Notes: generated by a model from the letters alone, not told the origin. Positions 20,891 through 31,086 are shown, counted from the stretch's first letter. The stretch is DNA of 56,418 nt from Bdellovibrionota bacterium FG-1 (GCA_051382295.1 JBBCAW010000054.1:1-56418); one strand, 5' to 3'. Program-made: numbers and translations.

Positions 20891-22189
20891 TCAAAAAAAC
20901 AAAACCAGCTCACCGACTAACAAATCATTGGCCGCGACATTTCGGCCCGTGAGCGGATGGGTATAAGAAAAATTAACTTGGAAGGGATAAACGAATTTTT
21001 TGGCTTTATACCATTCCACCGTCGAAAAGCCCGCCGAAGCCAAAACACTATGAAGCGACTCAAGCGGTTGGATTTCATCCAAAAGTAAATAACGGCCCGG
21101 ATCGTCCACCAAAGTGCCCGGCCGATAATCCGCGCGAGTCATATATTGAAAGGCATAGCCTCCGCCTAAGGAAATCCCGGCACCGCTAAAATGGTGTTCC
21201 AGGCCTGTTCCCAGGGCAACCTGACTCCGCGTCCGTTCCTGAAGCCCTTCTTTATCAGCCGAAAGTTTGTCTTCTACCGATGTCGGAATCCGCTTCACAA
21301 CAGTATGGGGCAAAAGTGCCGTGTAAGTGCCGTAGATATTCCACCGAAAATCCCAAGGAAGTTTTCGGTCATAAATCGCTCCGAAACCCAAACCATAGCG
21401 GCCATCGCCTGTCGGAATATCCAAAGCCTTATCCGGATCGGGCGCAATCCCCGTCGGAAAAATGAGACTCCCTTTAAGGGCCACGGAATTCACGCCATCA
21501 TCGTGGAGGCGATATTTGGCAATCATTTGGGCATCGCCCACGCCTGAAATCGTTTGCGAAGAAGGAATCGGTTGGTAACCCAAACGAATGAGCTTTTGAT
21601 TGACGGCATCATCCAATTTGTTCGCAGCTTCTTCCGCCGTGAGTGGATTGGACGAAAGTCCGATGTCGCGCACAAACTGTTGCGCATCACTATTGGCGAC
21701 AAAACCCGTCGCTGCGCTCACGTTGATTCGCACAATTGGCAAAACGCCCGCGATGGTCAGACGATCCGTCAAGCCAATGGCCAGTGCCGCGACTTTGACG
21801 TCCGCGAAGGTATTCACTTCGCCCGTCGTTACGCCAGGACTGCCTTCAACTCGTAAACCGTTCTTGCTCAAAATAGCCGCAACGTTGGTTCGCTTGGCGG
21901 CATCTTCTTGCGCGTTCAAGACATCGTTCCAAGTCACGACCTTATTGAGCGGATTACCCAGGGGTTCCGTGCCACCCGTATCCGTAAATTTTGACGTAAT
22001 CGAAGTAAACACATCAATGAAACGAGGATTACGAATCCCCGCCGGAAGCGTGGCCGCCGTCTCAAGCGCAAAGGGCGTCTTGAGGTCGGCAGCGTGGGCT
22101 GACAAACCAAAATTTGTCAAAACCCACGCCAGAGCGACAGATTGAAATCCCACACGGACGATCTTTCTAACGTTCTTTGCCGACATCAT
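20891..22189 (-). CDS. Outer-membrane beta-barrel (MetA-pathway/transporter-like)
   Basis: Signal peptide (AHA); SGVGDAQ..AKY..FPTG..D..TGDG pattern; C-terminal Phe. Confidence 0.7.
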   Translation of the reverse strand: MMSAKNVRKIVRVGFQSVALAWVLTNFGLSAHAADLKTPFALETAATLPAGIRNPRFIDVFTSITSKFTDTGGTEPLGNPLNKVVTWNDVLNAQEDAAKRTNVAAILSKNGLRVEGSPGVTTGEVNTFADVKVAALAIGLTDRLTIAGVLPIVRINVSAATGFVANSDAQQFVRDIGLSSNPLTAEEAANKLDDAVNQKLIRLGYQPIPSSQTISGVGDAQMIAKYRLHDDGVNSVALKGSLIFPTGIAPDPDKALDIPTGDGRYGLGFGAIYDRKLPWDFRWNIYGTYTALLPHTVVKRIPTSVEDKLSADKEGLQERTRSQVALGTGLEHHFSGAGISLGGGYAFQYMTRADYRPGTLVDDPGRYLLLDEIQPLESLHSVLASAGFSTVEWYKAKKFVYPFQVNFSYTHPLTGRNVAANDLLVGELVLFF

Positions 22190-22214
22190 AAAACTACCTA
22201 CTTCTTCATTCAGA

Positions 22215-23096
22215 TTATTGAATTTCTTTTCCAGCCAAAACCAGGCGTGCAAGCCCGAATTCATCACTGGTTTCAGGAATGCGATTCGGATTCAAGGTGC
22301 TAGGGTCCTTGGTCAGAAGCTCATTCAAAAGACGACGACCTTCGGTCTTTTCGCTATCGTTGCCATCTTTCATATAGGTGTCAGCAAGATACACGACGTT
22401 CAAAGCGGTGGTCGGATCACCCTGAACAGCCTTCTGCAATTCCTTGACGGATTCCGTATGGGAGCCGCCGAGTAATCCCGGGAGAGCTTTATACATACGA
22501 CCCAAGGTCCGGTGAGGGCCATAGCCATCCACCGCTTCAGCATCCCGGTCATCGCGGGTCGTGCGGTCCGCTGCCATGGCCAAGCTCATATATTTTTTGA
22601 GCGCTGGCACCTTGGTGAGCGAAGAAATAATTCCATTGGCTTCGCCCCAACGTGCGAGATTGACACCCGCAAAGTAAGGAGCCTCGGAGTAATCCGAGGT
22701 CAAAGCTTCAGCGGCATCCGCCTTAGCCTGACCCTTACCATGAAGGTCTTTTTTTGCGGACGTGCTATCTGAATGCACGCCTTGAAAATAATAGGTACGA
22801 GCTTCTAAAACTAAAATATCGTATTTCAGTTCGGTGCTCTCAGCTTCGCCCAAAGCGCGCTCCAAAGTGACAAGCACGGTATCGAGATTACGCACAGCAG
22901 AGACCGAGCGTTGAGCATAGCCAGCCTTGGCGGTTTCGAAATCCTTCAGAGCAGTCGCTTCATCGGCGAATGCGCAAATTGAAAAAGAAGAAAAAATCGA
23001 AACCAAAGATACAACAACAAGAGACTTCAGTGGAAATGAATGGATCACGTCAGTTACCCCCTTTAGGTGTGGAGCGTTATATTCATAGACCTCCAT
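22215..23096 (-). CDS. Secreted TPR-like protein (TatT/TRAP-T-like)
   Basis: Signal peptide (AFA); helical repeats; G.HRTLGRMY..LPG..GG motif. Start uncertain. Confidence 0.6.
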   Translation of the reverse strand: MEVYEYNAPHLKGVTDVIHSFPLKSLVVVSLVSIFSSFSICAFADEATALKDFETAKAGYAQRSVSAVRNLDTVLVTLERALGEAESTELKYDILVLEARTYYFQGVHSDSTSAKKDLHGKGQAKADAAEALTSDYSEAPYFAGVNLARWGEANGIISSLTKVPALKKYMSLAMAADRTTRDDRDAEAVDGYGPHRTLGRMYKALPGLLGGSHTESVKELQKAVQGDPTTALNVVYLADTYMKDGNDSEKTEGRRLLNELLTKDPSTLNPNRIPETSDEFGLARLVLAGKEIQ

Positions 23097-23138
23097 TCAA
23101 ACAAGTAAGAAATTCAAGAAACCGTTAAAATTATTTTT

Positions 23139-23154
23139 AGGCACACGACTTGCT
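23139..23154 (+). promoter_or_regulatory. Sigma54 (-24/-12) promoter
   Basis: AGGCACACGACTTGCT: GG-N10-GC, close to consensus TGGCAC-N5-TTGC; AT-rich upstream tract; ATG at 23179. Confidence 0.65.
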
Positions 23155-23178
23155 CCGAGCACCCTGCTCGGAGGGCGT

Positions 23179-24006
23179 ATGGCGATTCGATCGATTTTGC
23201 CGTGTTCCGTGTTTACCGCGATTTTGACGCTGTTTTTAACATTTTTTACGACACAGAGTTCAGCACAACTCTCTGACCAGGATTACCGCAGAGCGTTAAA
23301 AATCGCAGAGAAAAAAGCGACTCGTATTAAAAATAGAAAAAAAATCAACGAAAGCGCTTTAACCACATCCTTAGTGGAGTTACTTTTTGGACACCCCTAT
23401 CAAAAAGGCGACAACTGGATGGTCGCGGCTTGGACCTTCGAAAACCCGATGGCTCGCATGACCGGAGACCCCTCCCAGCTCAGCCTTCAAACTCAACAAA
23501 ACGGCGTATTTATATATGAAGTCATTTCTGCTTCACTCCATCCTGCTCACGAAGTAAAAATCAGAATCACTCAGCTTGAGAGTTCAGAGATCAAAAAGCC
23601 TGATCCCCGAGTCATCGCTCTCTCTCTGCGAATGAATAACTCAATGCAGCAAAGTGAAAAAACATACCTGATGGAAGATCGCCAAGGACTTCGGCAATGG
23701 GTGCCGGTTTCACCCGAAGGACTCCATTCGTGGATCACGCCCCTGGAGCTTTTTCCACTCGATGTGCCCGAACTTGTCACAGCGGATAGTCGCACTGTTC
23801 AAACACTCCCCCGCCTTCCCCCTTCCATTCAAGAAACTGCCTTGCGTTTTGGCTTTGGCCCTGACCTCGCACGCAGTCACTGGTATGAGCAGGACGACTT
23901 TTTTGGGCGTCCTATTCAAGCACTTTGGCAACAAGGCGACCCTTGGCCCGCCTACTATCGCACTAATAATGGCATAGCTATTCTCATCAAAAAGGGAGCC
24001 CCCTGA
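23179..24006 (+). CDS. Hypothetical secreted protein
   Basis: Signal peptide; 275 aa; stop overlaps the start of the next gene. Confidence 0.7.
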   Translation: MAIRSILPCSVFTAILTLFLTFFTTQSSAQLSDQDYRRALKIAEKKATRIKNRKKINESALTTSLVELLFGHPYQKGDNWMVAAWTFENPMARMTGDPSQLSLQTQQNGVFIYEVISASLHPAHEVKIRITQLESSEIKKPDPRVIALSLRMNNSMQQSEKTYLMEDRQGLRQWVPVSPEGLHSWITPLELFPLDVPELVTADSRTVQTLPRLPPSIQETALRFGFGPDLARSHWYEQDDFFGRPIQALWQQGDPWPAYYRTNNGIAILIKKGAP

Positions 24007-25454
24007 TGCGCCCTCTCCACCCGGTCACCGCGATCCTCTTACTCCTCCCGCTGTTGATGACTTCATCTTGCGGCTCTGAACCCGCATCGGTACCCGCCGC
24101 AACTGAACCAGCGCCGACAGACCAATCCATGGACCCCTCACCTCCGTCATCGCCGACCGCGACAGTTGAGGTGGATGGCCAGCCTCCGTACCGGGGATTT
24201 CGGGGTCAAGATGTCCATGGTGACAACAACTTTGCCACACTGATCAATAGCTACTTGCAAGGGCGCCCTGACCCCGCCCCCTGGGCGGCGTTTTGGTGGC
24301 CCTACACCGCTAACGGAATTGCGTCAGGCTCCTATGGAGGAGGAAGTTCCGGAATGAATTACAGTCCCGCTGGAAAATACGATGCGGCGCGGGGTCACGC
24401 CACCCAAGCTCAAGAATGGGAAGTTAAAAACCACGGAGCGAGGGTTCCCAAGGTGCAAGGTTGGTGGGGTCACTGCAACGGCTGGTGTGCGGCATCCGCG
24501 CTTTATAAAGAGCCACGGGCGTCAGTCAAGGTCAACGGAATCGAGTTTAGCGTCGCCGACATCAAAGGGCTACTGGCCGAAGCGGGAATGTCGGCAAGCG
24601 CCGATTTTTTTGGCAATCGCTTGGACCCATGGACCCGAGATTATCAAAAAGCAATGGATGACACGGTGGCCGACCAATATTTTTTAGTGCTGACTAATTT
24701 TATGGGCAAGCTCAAACAAGCGGTTTTGATTGACCGATTCACCGGCGATCAAATTTGGAATCAACCGCTGGCGGGCTATCGCTTCAAATACCCAACTGCA
24801 GCGGATTATTTGGGTTGCACCAACAACGTCTGTAAGATCAATCTCGAATCAACGATTTGGTGGTACAATGACAGCGGCGTTCCGGCCAACGTACTCACAC
24901 CCGAGTTCAAATGGGAAGATATCTTGGACCCTCAAAGTGGCGCTGAACTGGTCCAACATCGAGAACTCAGAATGGAACTTTGGCTCGATGGCCCGGTTGA
25001 ATTTGGGACGGACGGAAAAATTTCAAAATCCGGCAACGTGATTGTGACACGCGATCCGGAAAATCCTGATTTCTTTGTGGGCGGCGCCTGGAAAGACGGC
25101 GCGCTGGATTACGCCGACGGACATCCTGATTATATGTGGGTGCCCTATTCGCTGGTTCCCCCCAGCCCTACTGAGGACTACGCCAATCCCCACGTCGATA
25201 TTGAATGGATCAAAAAACACCTATTAGTTCCCGGCGGCGCGGACGATCCGAGCGCCCGGCCTAGCCCTCTCGAAAGTAGCCCCACACCTCACCCCACGAG
25301 TTCGTCGTGGCCCACGCCAACACCTAGTTCAACCTATTCTCCGGTGCCACCGCTGCCAATGCCAACGCACTCCCCAATTCCTTGGCCCACTCCGACAGCG
25401 ACGTGGAATCCGCATCCAGCGCCTTGGCCAACACCCACCCGGTCAAGAGAATAA
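24006..25454 (+). CDS. Lipoprotein with transglutaminase-elicitor-like domain and Pro/Thr-rich tail
   Basis: Lipobox TSSC; PW..FWWP, SPAGKYD, WWGHCNGW, DIKGLLAE, IWNQP, HPDYMW; PTP/WPTP-rich C-terminus. Confidence 0.75.
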   Translation: MRPLHPVTAILLLLPLLMTSSCGSEPASVPAATEPAPTDQSMDPSPPSSPTATVEVDGQPPYRGFRGQDVHGDNNFATLINSYLQGRPDPAPWAAFWWPYTANGIASGSYGGGSSGMNYSPAGKYDAARGHATQAQEWEVKNHGARVPKVQGWWGHCNGWCAASALYKEPRASVKVNGIEFSVADIKGLLAEAGMSASADFFGNRLDPWTRDYQKAMDDTVADQYFLVLTNFMGKLKQAVLIDRFTGDQIWNQPLAGYRFKYPTAADYLGCTNNVCKINLESTIWWYNDSGVPANVLTPEFKWEDILDPQSGAELVQHRELRMELWLDGPVEFGTDGKISKSGNVIVTRDPENPDFFVGGAWKDGALDYADGHPDYMWVPYSLVPPSPTEDYANPHVDIEWIKKHLLVPGGADDPSARPSPLESSPTPHPTSSSWPTPTPSSTYSPVPPLPMPTHSPIPWPTPTATWNPHPAPWPTPTRSRE

Positions 25455-26588
25455 CCCACTCAGATGCGCCAACTCGCTAATCAATCCCGCTCCCGGAATC
25501 AAAAGCCAGGCAGGGGGATTTTTCCAAAGGGCGATCAATAAAGCCAAGGCGAACAAAACAATTGCGGGACCTGAGACTAAAGCCACTCCACCCAGTTTAA
25601 CCATCGAACTAAAAATTCCGCCTATAACCGCAGGAATAGCCCAACTTGTAAAACCCTGCGCACCGGGCGTGCCACTAAATCGCTTCCAAATCCGAGGAAC
25701 CAAAAAAAGGATATTAATAAAAGAAGGCAAAAACATGCCCAGCGTGGCCGCGATGGCCCCTGGATATCCTGCGGCCAAATACCCAATAAAAGTTGAGGTG
25801 ATCACAAAAGGCCCGGGGGTTACCTGCCCAATGGCCATGCCATCCATAAATTGCGAGTGCGTAATCCAATGATGCGCGCCTACCGCGTCGGCTTCCAAAA
25901 CCGGTAATACCGCCAAACCGGTCCCAAAAACGAACATCCCCGCTTTAAAACACATCCAAAAAAGCTGCATCAATTTCCCGGTTCCAAGCAAATGCCCCCA
26001 GTTGGACGCATAAATGATCGGAAAAAAACCCCACTGTTTTTTTTCTTGAGAAAGCTTGACGCCTCCCGAGCAAAGCCATCCTCCGAAAAGCCCAAACCCC
26101 AAAATCACCAGGGGTTCCCATCTCGGTCTAAAAAGTACGATCAATGCACTCACTCCTGCGATAACCCATGCTCTCCGCTCTTTTTTGTAAGGACGCGCCA
26201 ACGCCCAAGTCGAGGTGACCACGACCACCAGCGCCGCCGCCTGAAGTCCCATCAAAACCGGGCCAAACTGAGCCACGCCGGCTGTGTTTTTATAAAGAAC
26301 ACTGAGCCCCAGAACCATCAAAAACGCGGGTAAAACAAAAAGAACCCCGGCCACGACGCCGCCCCAACGACTTCCCGCCCGCAGCTGCCCTAAATAAATA
26401 GCCACCTGAGGCCCCACCGGACCGGGCAGCATTTTGCAAATTGCATAGATTTCTGAAAACTCAGACTGCGTCAACCACCCACGACGCTCCACGGTCTCTT
26501 GCTCCATCATCCCGATGACGGCAATGGGACCCCCAAAGCCAAAAACTCCTAACTTAAAAAAGAAAACTGCAATTTCTTTTAATTTCAC
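25443..26588 (-). CDS. chrA: Chromate efflux transporter (CHR family, bidomain)
   Basis: FFKLG.FGFGG, LPGP.GPQ; second repeat FKAG.FVFGTG, GQVTPGP, FIGY. Confidence 0.92.
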   Translation of the reverse strand: MKLKEIAVFFFKLGVFGFGGPIAVIGMMEQETVERRGWLTQSEFSEIYAICKMLPGPVGPQVAIYLGQLRAGSRWGGVVAGVLFVLPAFLMVLGLSVLYKNTAGVAQFGPVLMGLQAAALVVVVTSTWALARPYKKERRAWVIAGVSALIVLFRPRWEPLVILGFGLFGGWLCSGGVKLSQEKKQWGFFPIIYASNWGHLLGTGKLMQLFWMCFKAGMFVFGTGLAVLPVLEADAVGAHHWITHSQFMDGMAIGQVTPGPFVITSTFIGYLAAGYPGAIAATLGMFLPSFINILFLVPRIWKRFSGTPGAQGFTSWAIPAVIGGIFSSMVKLGGVALVSGPAIVLFALALLIALWKNPPAWLLIPGAGLISELAHLSGLFS

Positions 26589-26611
26589 CCAGAATTCCGC
26601 CCCGCCATTCT

Positions 26612-27250
26612 TTAAGGCTTCTTTGCCACAAGGCTCGCGCGCGCATCCTTGCCATCGTTCGTTTCGCGATAAACCAAAATTTTAAAATCTTTGAACCACT
26701 CTTTGAGTTCGCCTTTTTTCAAAAGTTCATCCCTTCGTAAATGCTGTCCTGGGGCGTTTCCGAGCTGATCGACCGTGGAGTTTTCAAAGACCACCACGCC
26801 CTTATGCTTGAGTCCCCGCTTGATCTGAGGGATTAAGCTCCGTTGAAGGTAATCAATATTCACAATCACGTCGTAGGTTTCAGGACGAATCGTGTAAGTG
26901 GTGAGATCGGCATTGATGGTATTGATCGAAACATGAAAATCCCGAGCTAAACGCTTAGCCTTTCGAATGGCTACCTCCGAAATATCCACTCCATCCATTT
27001 TGAAGCCTTTTTGAGCAAGAAACACCGCATTACGACCCTCTCCCATGGCAATGTCCAAACCCCGACCCACAGGTAAGTACTGAAGACTTTCGCGTACAAA
27101 CCCGGCGGGTTCTTTTCCGAAGACGTAAGTACCAGTATTAAAGAGACTATCCCATCTCCGACGGTCTTCTTCTGAGTCGTCGCCCGTCACCATTTGATAG
27201 GCATTCGAACCAGAGGGCCGAACCTCATCCGCCATAAGCCAGCAGCCCAT
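26612..27250 (-). CDS. Class I SAM-dependent methyltransferase (TehB-like); start uncertain, possibly with signal peptide
   Basis: WD..F...[28 protein letters not shown]...GVDIS. The longer 27532 start overlaps tatA. Confidence 0.85.
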   Translation of the reverse strand: MGCWLMADEVRPSGSNAYQMVTGDDSEEDRRRWDSLFNTGTYVFGKEPAGFVRESLQYLPVGRGLDIAMGEGRNAVFLAQKGFKMDGVDISEVAIRKAKRLARDFHVSINTINADLTTYTIRPETYDVIVNIDYLQRSLIPQIKRGLKHKGVVVFENSTVDQLGNAPGQHLRRDELLKKGELKEWFKDFKILVYRETNDGKDARASLVAKKP

Positions 27251-27305
27251 CGTTGCCAAAAAGCCTATTATTGACACCCCTATCCAGTACTTGTATATGC
27301 GAGAG

Positions 27306-27545
27306 ATGTTTGGAATTTCTGGCGAGCATATTCTTATTTTGGGCATTGTTCTTCTCATTTTTGGACCTCGGCGTTTACCAGAGCTAGGAAATACTTTAGG
27401 GAAAGCGATCAGGAACTTCAAGGACGCCTTGTCGGGTGTTGAAGAGGCGAACTTCAGACGAATTGAAGAAGAAGCCCGAAATCGAGCCAAGCTCCAAGCG
27501 ACTGCTGAGACTCCAGAACCGCCGCAAAACAAGCCCGAGACCTAA
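27306..27545 (+). CDS. tatA: Twin-arginine translocase TatA/TatE subunit
   Basis: MFGIS...[22 protein letters not shown]. Confidence 0.92.
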   Translation: MFGISGEHILILGIVLLIFGPRRLPELGNTLGKAIRNFKDALSGVEEANFRRIEEEARNRAKLQATAETPEPPQNKPET

Positions 27546-27610
27546 ATCGCCTGGGATTCCCTTGCAATGCTGATCATTTGACGGCAAATTGCACAGTAAG
27601 GAGAATCTTC

Positions 27611-28102
27611 ATGGATACCCAAACTCAGGGAATGAGTTTTTCCCAGCGTTTTTCTGAATACTTTGACCGAGAAGTCGCCTGTATGGCGGCAAAGTCGATC
27701 AAGGATGGCGCCGAAATTGAATTCATCATCGATAACGATAATCCAGCCGGCATCGAAACCTTTACCTTGACCAAGGTCAGCGGAAAAAATAGCATTTTAT
27801 CGCAGCCCGCTCGAACCCCTCAGCTCGTATTTAAGGTGACCCCTCCCGCCGCGCAAGCTATTCTGGACTATCCTTCAGACGAAATCGGGCCCATTGGCGT
27901 CCACATCGTTCGAATGATCGTCAAGCCGGAAGCCGGCAAAAAAATATCGGTTCAATTCAAGGCCGGATTTTTAGGTCTCTTCAGCCATGGCTACTTTGGC
28001 GTTTTGACAGCCGGTGGAAGCCAGTTCGCTTCTTTTCTGGCCGCACACGGACTCAATGGCATGAGCGCCATCAAGAATGTCTTAAAAAAAATGAAAGCTT
28101 AA
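27611..28102 (+). CDS. Hypothetical protein (possibly SCP2-like fold)
   Basis: RBS AAGGAG with ATG 27611; 163 aa; fold call is tentative. Confidence 0.6.
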   Translation: MDTQTQGMSFSQRFSEYFDREVACMAAKSIKDGAEIEFIIDNDNPAGIETFTLTKVSGKNSILSQPARTPQLVFKVTPPAAQAILDYPSDEIGPIGVHIVRMIVKPEAGKKISVQFKAGFLGLFSHGYFGVLTAGGSQFASFLAAHGLNGMSAIKNVLKKMKA

Positions 28103-28118
28103 GGCTCGGAGCAAAACC

Positions 28119-28658
28119 ATGGTTTTCATCGACGACAAAAACTTTACCAAATACCTCAACCGACACGAAATCGATGCCGCTGTTCAATCGATTGCCCAAA
28201 GAGTGAACGAAGATTACGCCGGCAAACAAGTCGTTTTGGTGGGAGTGCTTAAAGGCGCCTTTGTTTTTATGGCGGATTTAGCACGCCAGCTCAAAGTCGA
28301 CCCTGAAATCGAGTTTGTGCGGCTATCGAGTTACGGCAAAGCCCGCACCTCAACGGGAACGGTCACCATCCTCAAGGATATTTCGGCGGACATTCGAGGA
28401 AAACACGTCCTCATCGTTGAGGAAATCATCGACAGCGGACGGACTCTCAAGTTTTTGTATGAACGCATCAAGGCCAGTGGCCCAGCCTCGGTGGAGATTG
28501 CGACACTTCTGGACAAGGCCTCTAAGCGTGTGGTGGATGTGCCCGTTAAATACGTCGGCCGTGCGATCGACGATCAGTTTTTGGTCGGCTATGGACTCGA
28601 CTTAGAAGAATATTGTCGAAATCTGCCCGATATTTACTACCTCAAGTATCCGAACTAG
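28119..28658 (+). CDS. hpt: Hypoxanthine phosphoribosyltransferase
   Basis: VGVLKGAFVF.ADL, LSSYG, VLIVEEIIDSGRTL, LLDK, FLVGYGLD. Confidence 0.96.
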   Translation: MVFIDDKNFTKYLNRHEIDAAVQSIAQRVNEDYAGKQVVLVGVLKGAFVFMADLARQLKVDPEIEFVRLSSYGKARTSTGTVTILKDISADIRGKHVLIVEEIIDSGRTLKFLYERIKASGPASVEIATLLDKASKRVVDVPVKYVGRAIDDQFLVGYGLDLEEYCRNLPDIYYLKYPN

Positions 28659-29071
28659 AATCGCGAGCGATTCACGGTCCCATCCAGAATTCGCCGAAAA
28701 GTCGAGAAACCATGGATCATACGAGTCATTTCGGCTGAGTCGCGCGAAAGCTTTGACTTGGCACTCAGGGTGAATTCAGAACTCATCAACACTTCGGACT
28801 GACAAGTAGCCTCAGGACTGATCTGCATCTTTTCGACCACTTCGTCGATGCAAACTTCAAAATCGGTTTGATCTTCACCGGTATCGCGAGTTTCAACTTT
28901 GCGCTTGGAGTTCCAAAAATGCGCCTGACCGAATGAATCCATGCACACTAACCCAATAGTGCCTTTGCCATCGCCGGTACTCGGTCCGACCTGTGGAAGC
29001 GCAGGTTCTAAGGCCCAAACCGAACCACTCATCACACAGAGCAAAGCCAAGCCGATGAATCTCAAACGCAT
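28655..29071 (-). CDS. Hypothetical secreted protein with three Cys in the mature part
   Basis: RBS GAGGAG; signal peptide ending VWA. Confidence 0.65.
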   Translation of the reverse strand: MRLRFIGLALLCVMSGSVWALEPALPQVGPSTGDGKGTIGLVCMDSFGQAHFWNSKRKVETRDTGEDQTDFEVCIDEVVEKMQISPEATCQSEVLMSSEFTLSAKSKLSRDSAEMTRMIHGFSTFRRILDGTVNRSRF

Positions 29072-29140
29072 GAAAAATCTCCTCAGTGTCTCTTTACGAC
29101 TTAGTGCGTCAATAACAATCTAAACTGATTCTGTCAAGTC

Positions 29141-30151
29141 TCACCGCACAAGTACGGCTTGCCCCTCTTTATCAACACTGAAAGAAAACGTTGCCGATCG
29201 ATTGCCAGTGAAATCCATCGAAACGTCCGGAATCGAAAGAGAACCATGCGACGTAAATATCGTCCCCGTGACAACGGTGGGGTTCGTATTGCCATACTGA
29301 TTATAAAAATGATATTTTACCTTGTAAGTACCCGAAATCACTTGGTCAGACTGCCAGATCTCAGCGCCAGGTCCGCGACGGGTATCCAGAACAAATTCGC
29401 CTGGATGATCGGGATATTTGCGATTCTTGAACCCGAATATCTTGCCAGACGGATCCTCGATTGTAAGGTCGATATCATGATTCGTAGTCGGCCAACGGAT
29501 CATGACCGTCACAAAGGATTTTTTCCCCGCGCTTTTTGCCATTTCCGCGGCAAGGGCTTGCTGATTCTGAGCAAGAACAGCCTGCAATGACACCAGCTCC
29601 TTTCGAGCGACGTCACGATCCTGTTCTATTTGCCTCAACTGCCGATTGAGCAGCGCGATTTTTCGAGGCGCGCTCTTGAGCGATTGATCCGCAAGCGCTT
29701 CGCTTTTGAGCGCGTTCAACTCGGTTGTGAGCCTAGTCACCTCCTGAGTGTTCGATGCGATAGTGGCGGCCTGGGTCTTGATCCTTTCCTCGGCGTTAGC
29801 CATGGCTTTTTTCACTTCCGCCTGAGATGCCAGCGCCGTCGAGGCAATGGAAGCCACGGTGCCCCCAGCCTTATCGCCGAAGACTTTGATCGCTTCCTGT
29901 CGAACCTGATCAAACTTGTTCACCGTCGAATACAACAGAACAAACAACCCAAAGAGCAGGGTCATCATGTCGGCATAAGAAACAAGCCACCGTTCATCGA
30001 CGTGCAACAATTCATCTTCACTGTGGCCATCGTCACCCTCATCACCATCGGCGTGCTCTCCGACGTGCAGGGCGCCGCCGTTCTCCTCCATTTCCTTATC
30101 CATGCGCACCAGGCGGAGAACTCTAGCAGTGGCGCTCTCGGATTCTTGCAT
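29141..30151 (-). CDS. MotB-like stator subunit (MotB N-terminal TM + coiled coil + YfaP/DUF2135-like C-domain; no OmpA domain)
   Basis: WLVSYADMMTLLFGLFVLLYS with the conserved Asp; long coiled coil; C-terminal W....DIDL.I.DP.G...LD...GPG.E...GTYKV..HFY. Confidence 0.8.
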   Translation of the reverse strand: MQESESATARVLRLVRMDKEMEENGGALHVGEHADGDEGDDGHSEDELLHVDERWLVSYADMMTLLFGLFVLLYSTVNKFDQVRQEAIKVFGDKAGGTVASIASTALASQAEVKKAMANAEERIKTQAATIASNTQEVTRLTTELNALKSEALADQSLKSAPRKIALLNRQLRQIEQDRDVARKELVSLQAVLAQNQQALAAEMAKSAGKKSFVTVMIRWPTTNHDIDLTIEDPSGKIFGFKNRKYPDHPGEFVLDTRRGPGAEIWQSDQVISGTYKVKYHFYNQYGNTNPTVVTGTIFTSHGSLSIPDVSMDFTGNRSATFSFSVDKEGQAVLVR

Positions 30152-30160
30152 CTCGAACTC

Positions 30161-31057
30161 CTAAGCTGCGGGCTTTTGCTTGGTCTTGCGCTCGCGCTCA
30201 CGCTCACGCTCGTGTTCTTTTTCACGTTCGCGGCTTAAGGCCAGCGAAATCGTCCGCTTTAGATCGACGCGGCGCTTAATTGGCAGATAGCTATTCAATT
30301 TTTCCGCCACGATCGCCTCGGGCGTCTTTTGCTTAATGAGCATCAGCCCCGCGATGATCAATCCTCGGGTAAATTGATCCTCCTCTGCCGCCTTTACCGC
30401 ATAGTCCGCCAAGGGCAAAAAGATCAGATTGGCCATGGCAATCCCCCAAAATGTCGCCACTAGCGCGACCGCCATGGCCGGGCCGATCGTATCCTGCCCG
30501 CCGCTGCCGAGATTGGTCATCATCGTAATCATCCCGGTAGAGGCGCCCAATAGGCCAAAAGCAGGAGGAAACTTTGCGATCGCCGTCAGAATTTTGGCGT
30601 CATCCATATAAGACTTCTTAAAGAACTTGCTCCGTCGCACGAGGACTTCATGCAAATCCTTCTCGTTCAACTTGCTTTCGGCGATCAACAGATACCCTTC
30701 GGTCAAAAAGGGATGAAGCGCCCCACGTTGCGCCACACCAATCGGAGTTTCACGCACCAGCCGGGCAGTGACCACCATTTCGTTGACGAGTACACGATGA
30801 TCGGTCTTGCGCTTGAAGATCATGCCAAAAATCAGCAGATTGGCCAGATTGAGAAGGCGCCTGGCCGGATAGGCGATCAGGGCCGTGGCGAGCGTGCCGC
30901 CAACCACCAGAATGAGCGCATGAGGGTCAAGAAACAGATCTGGCTTGGGGGCCGGATGGATCACCCCCTGATAGATCACGCTGAATGCAATGATGAATCC
31001 TACGATGCTAGTGATATTCACGGGTATGAGCTGGCCTCCCATCAACCCTATCGTCAT
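30161..31057 (-). CDS. MotA-family proton channel subunit
   Basis: LILVVGGT, HPFL..G, FPPAFGLLGASTGMI, GPAMAVALVATFWG...ANL.FLPLA. Confidence 0.9.
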   Translation of the reverse strand: MTIGLMGGQLIPVNITSIVGFIIAFSVIYQGVIHPAPKPDLFLDPHALILVVGGTLATALIAYPARRLLNLANLLIFGMIFKRKTDHRVLVNEMVVTARLVRETPIGVAQRGALHPFLTEGYLLIAESKLNEKDLHEVLVRRSKFFKKSYMDDAKILTAIAKFPPAFGLLGASTGMITMMTNLGSGGQDTIGPAMAVALVATFWGIAMANLIFLPLADYAVKAAEEDQFTRGLIIAGLMLIKQKTPEAIVAEKLNSYLPIKRRVDLKRTISLALSREREKEHERERERERKTKQKPAA

Positions 31058-31086
31058 TTTCGACTCAACCCTTAAAAAATTTGGCC

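Noticed and set aside
25260..25445. Pro/Thr-rich quasi-repeats
   Set aside because: Protein-level linker or tail of the lipoprotein, not a DNA repeat element.
29141..31057. Zorya ZorAB anti-phage system
   Set aside because: MotA lacks the long ZorA cytoplasmic tail, MotB lacks the OmpA-like domain of ZorB, and no zorC/D/E genes are adjacent.
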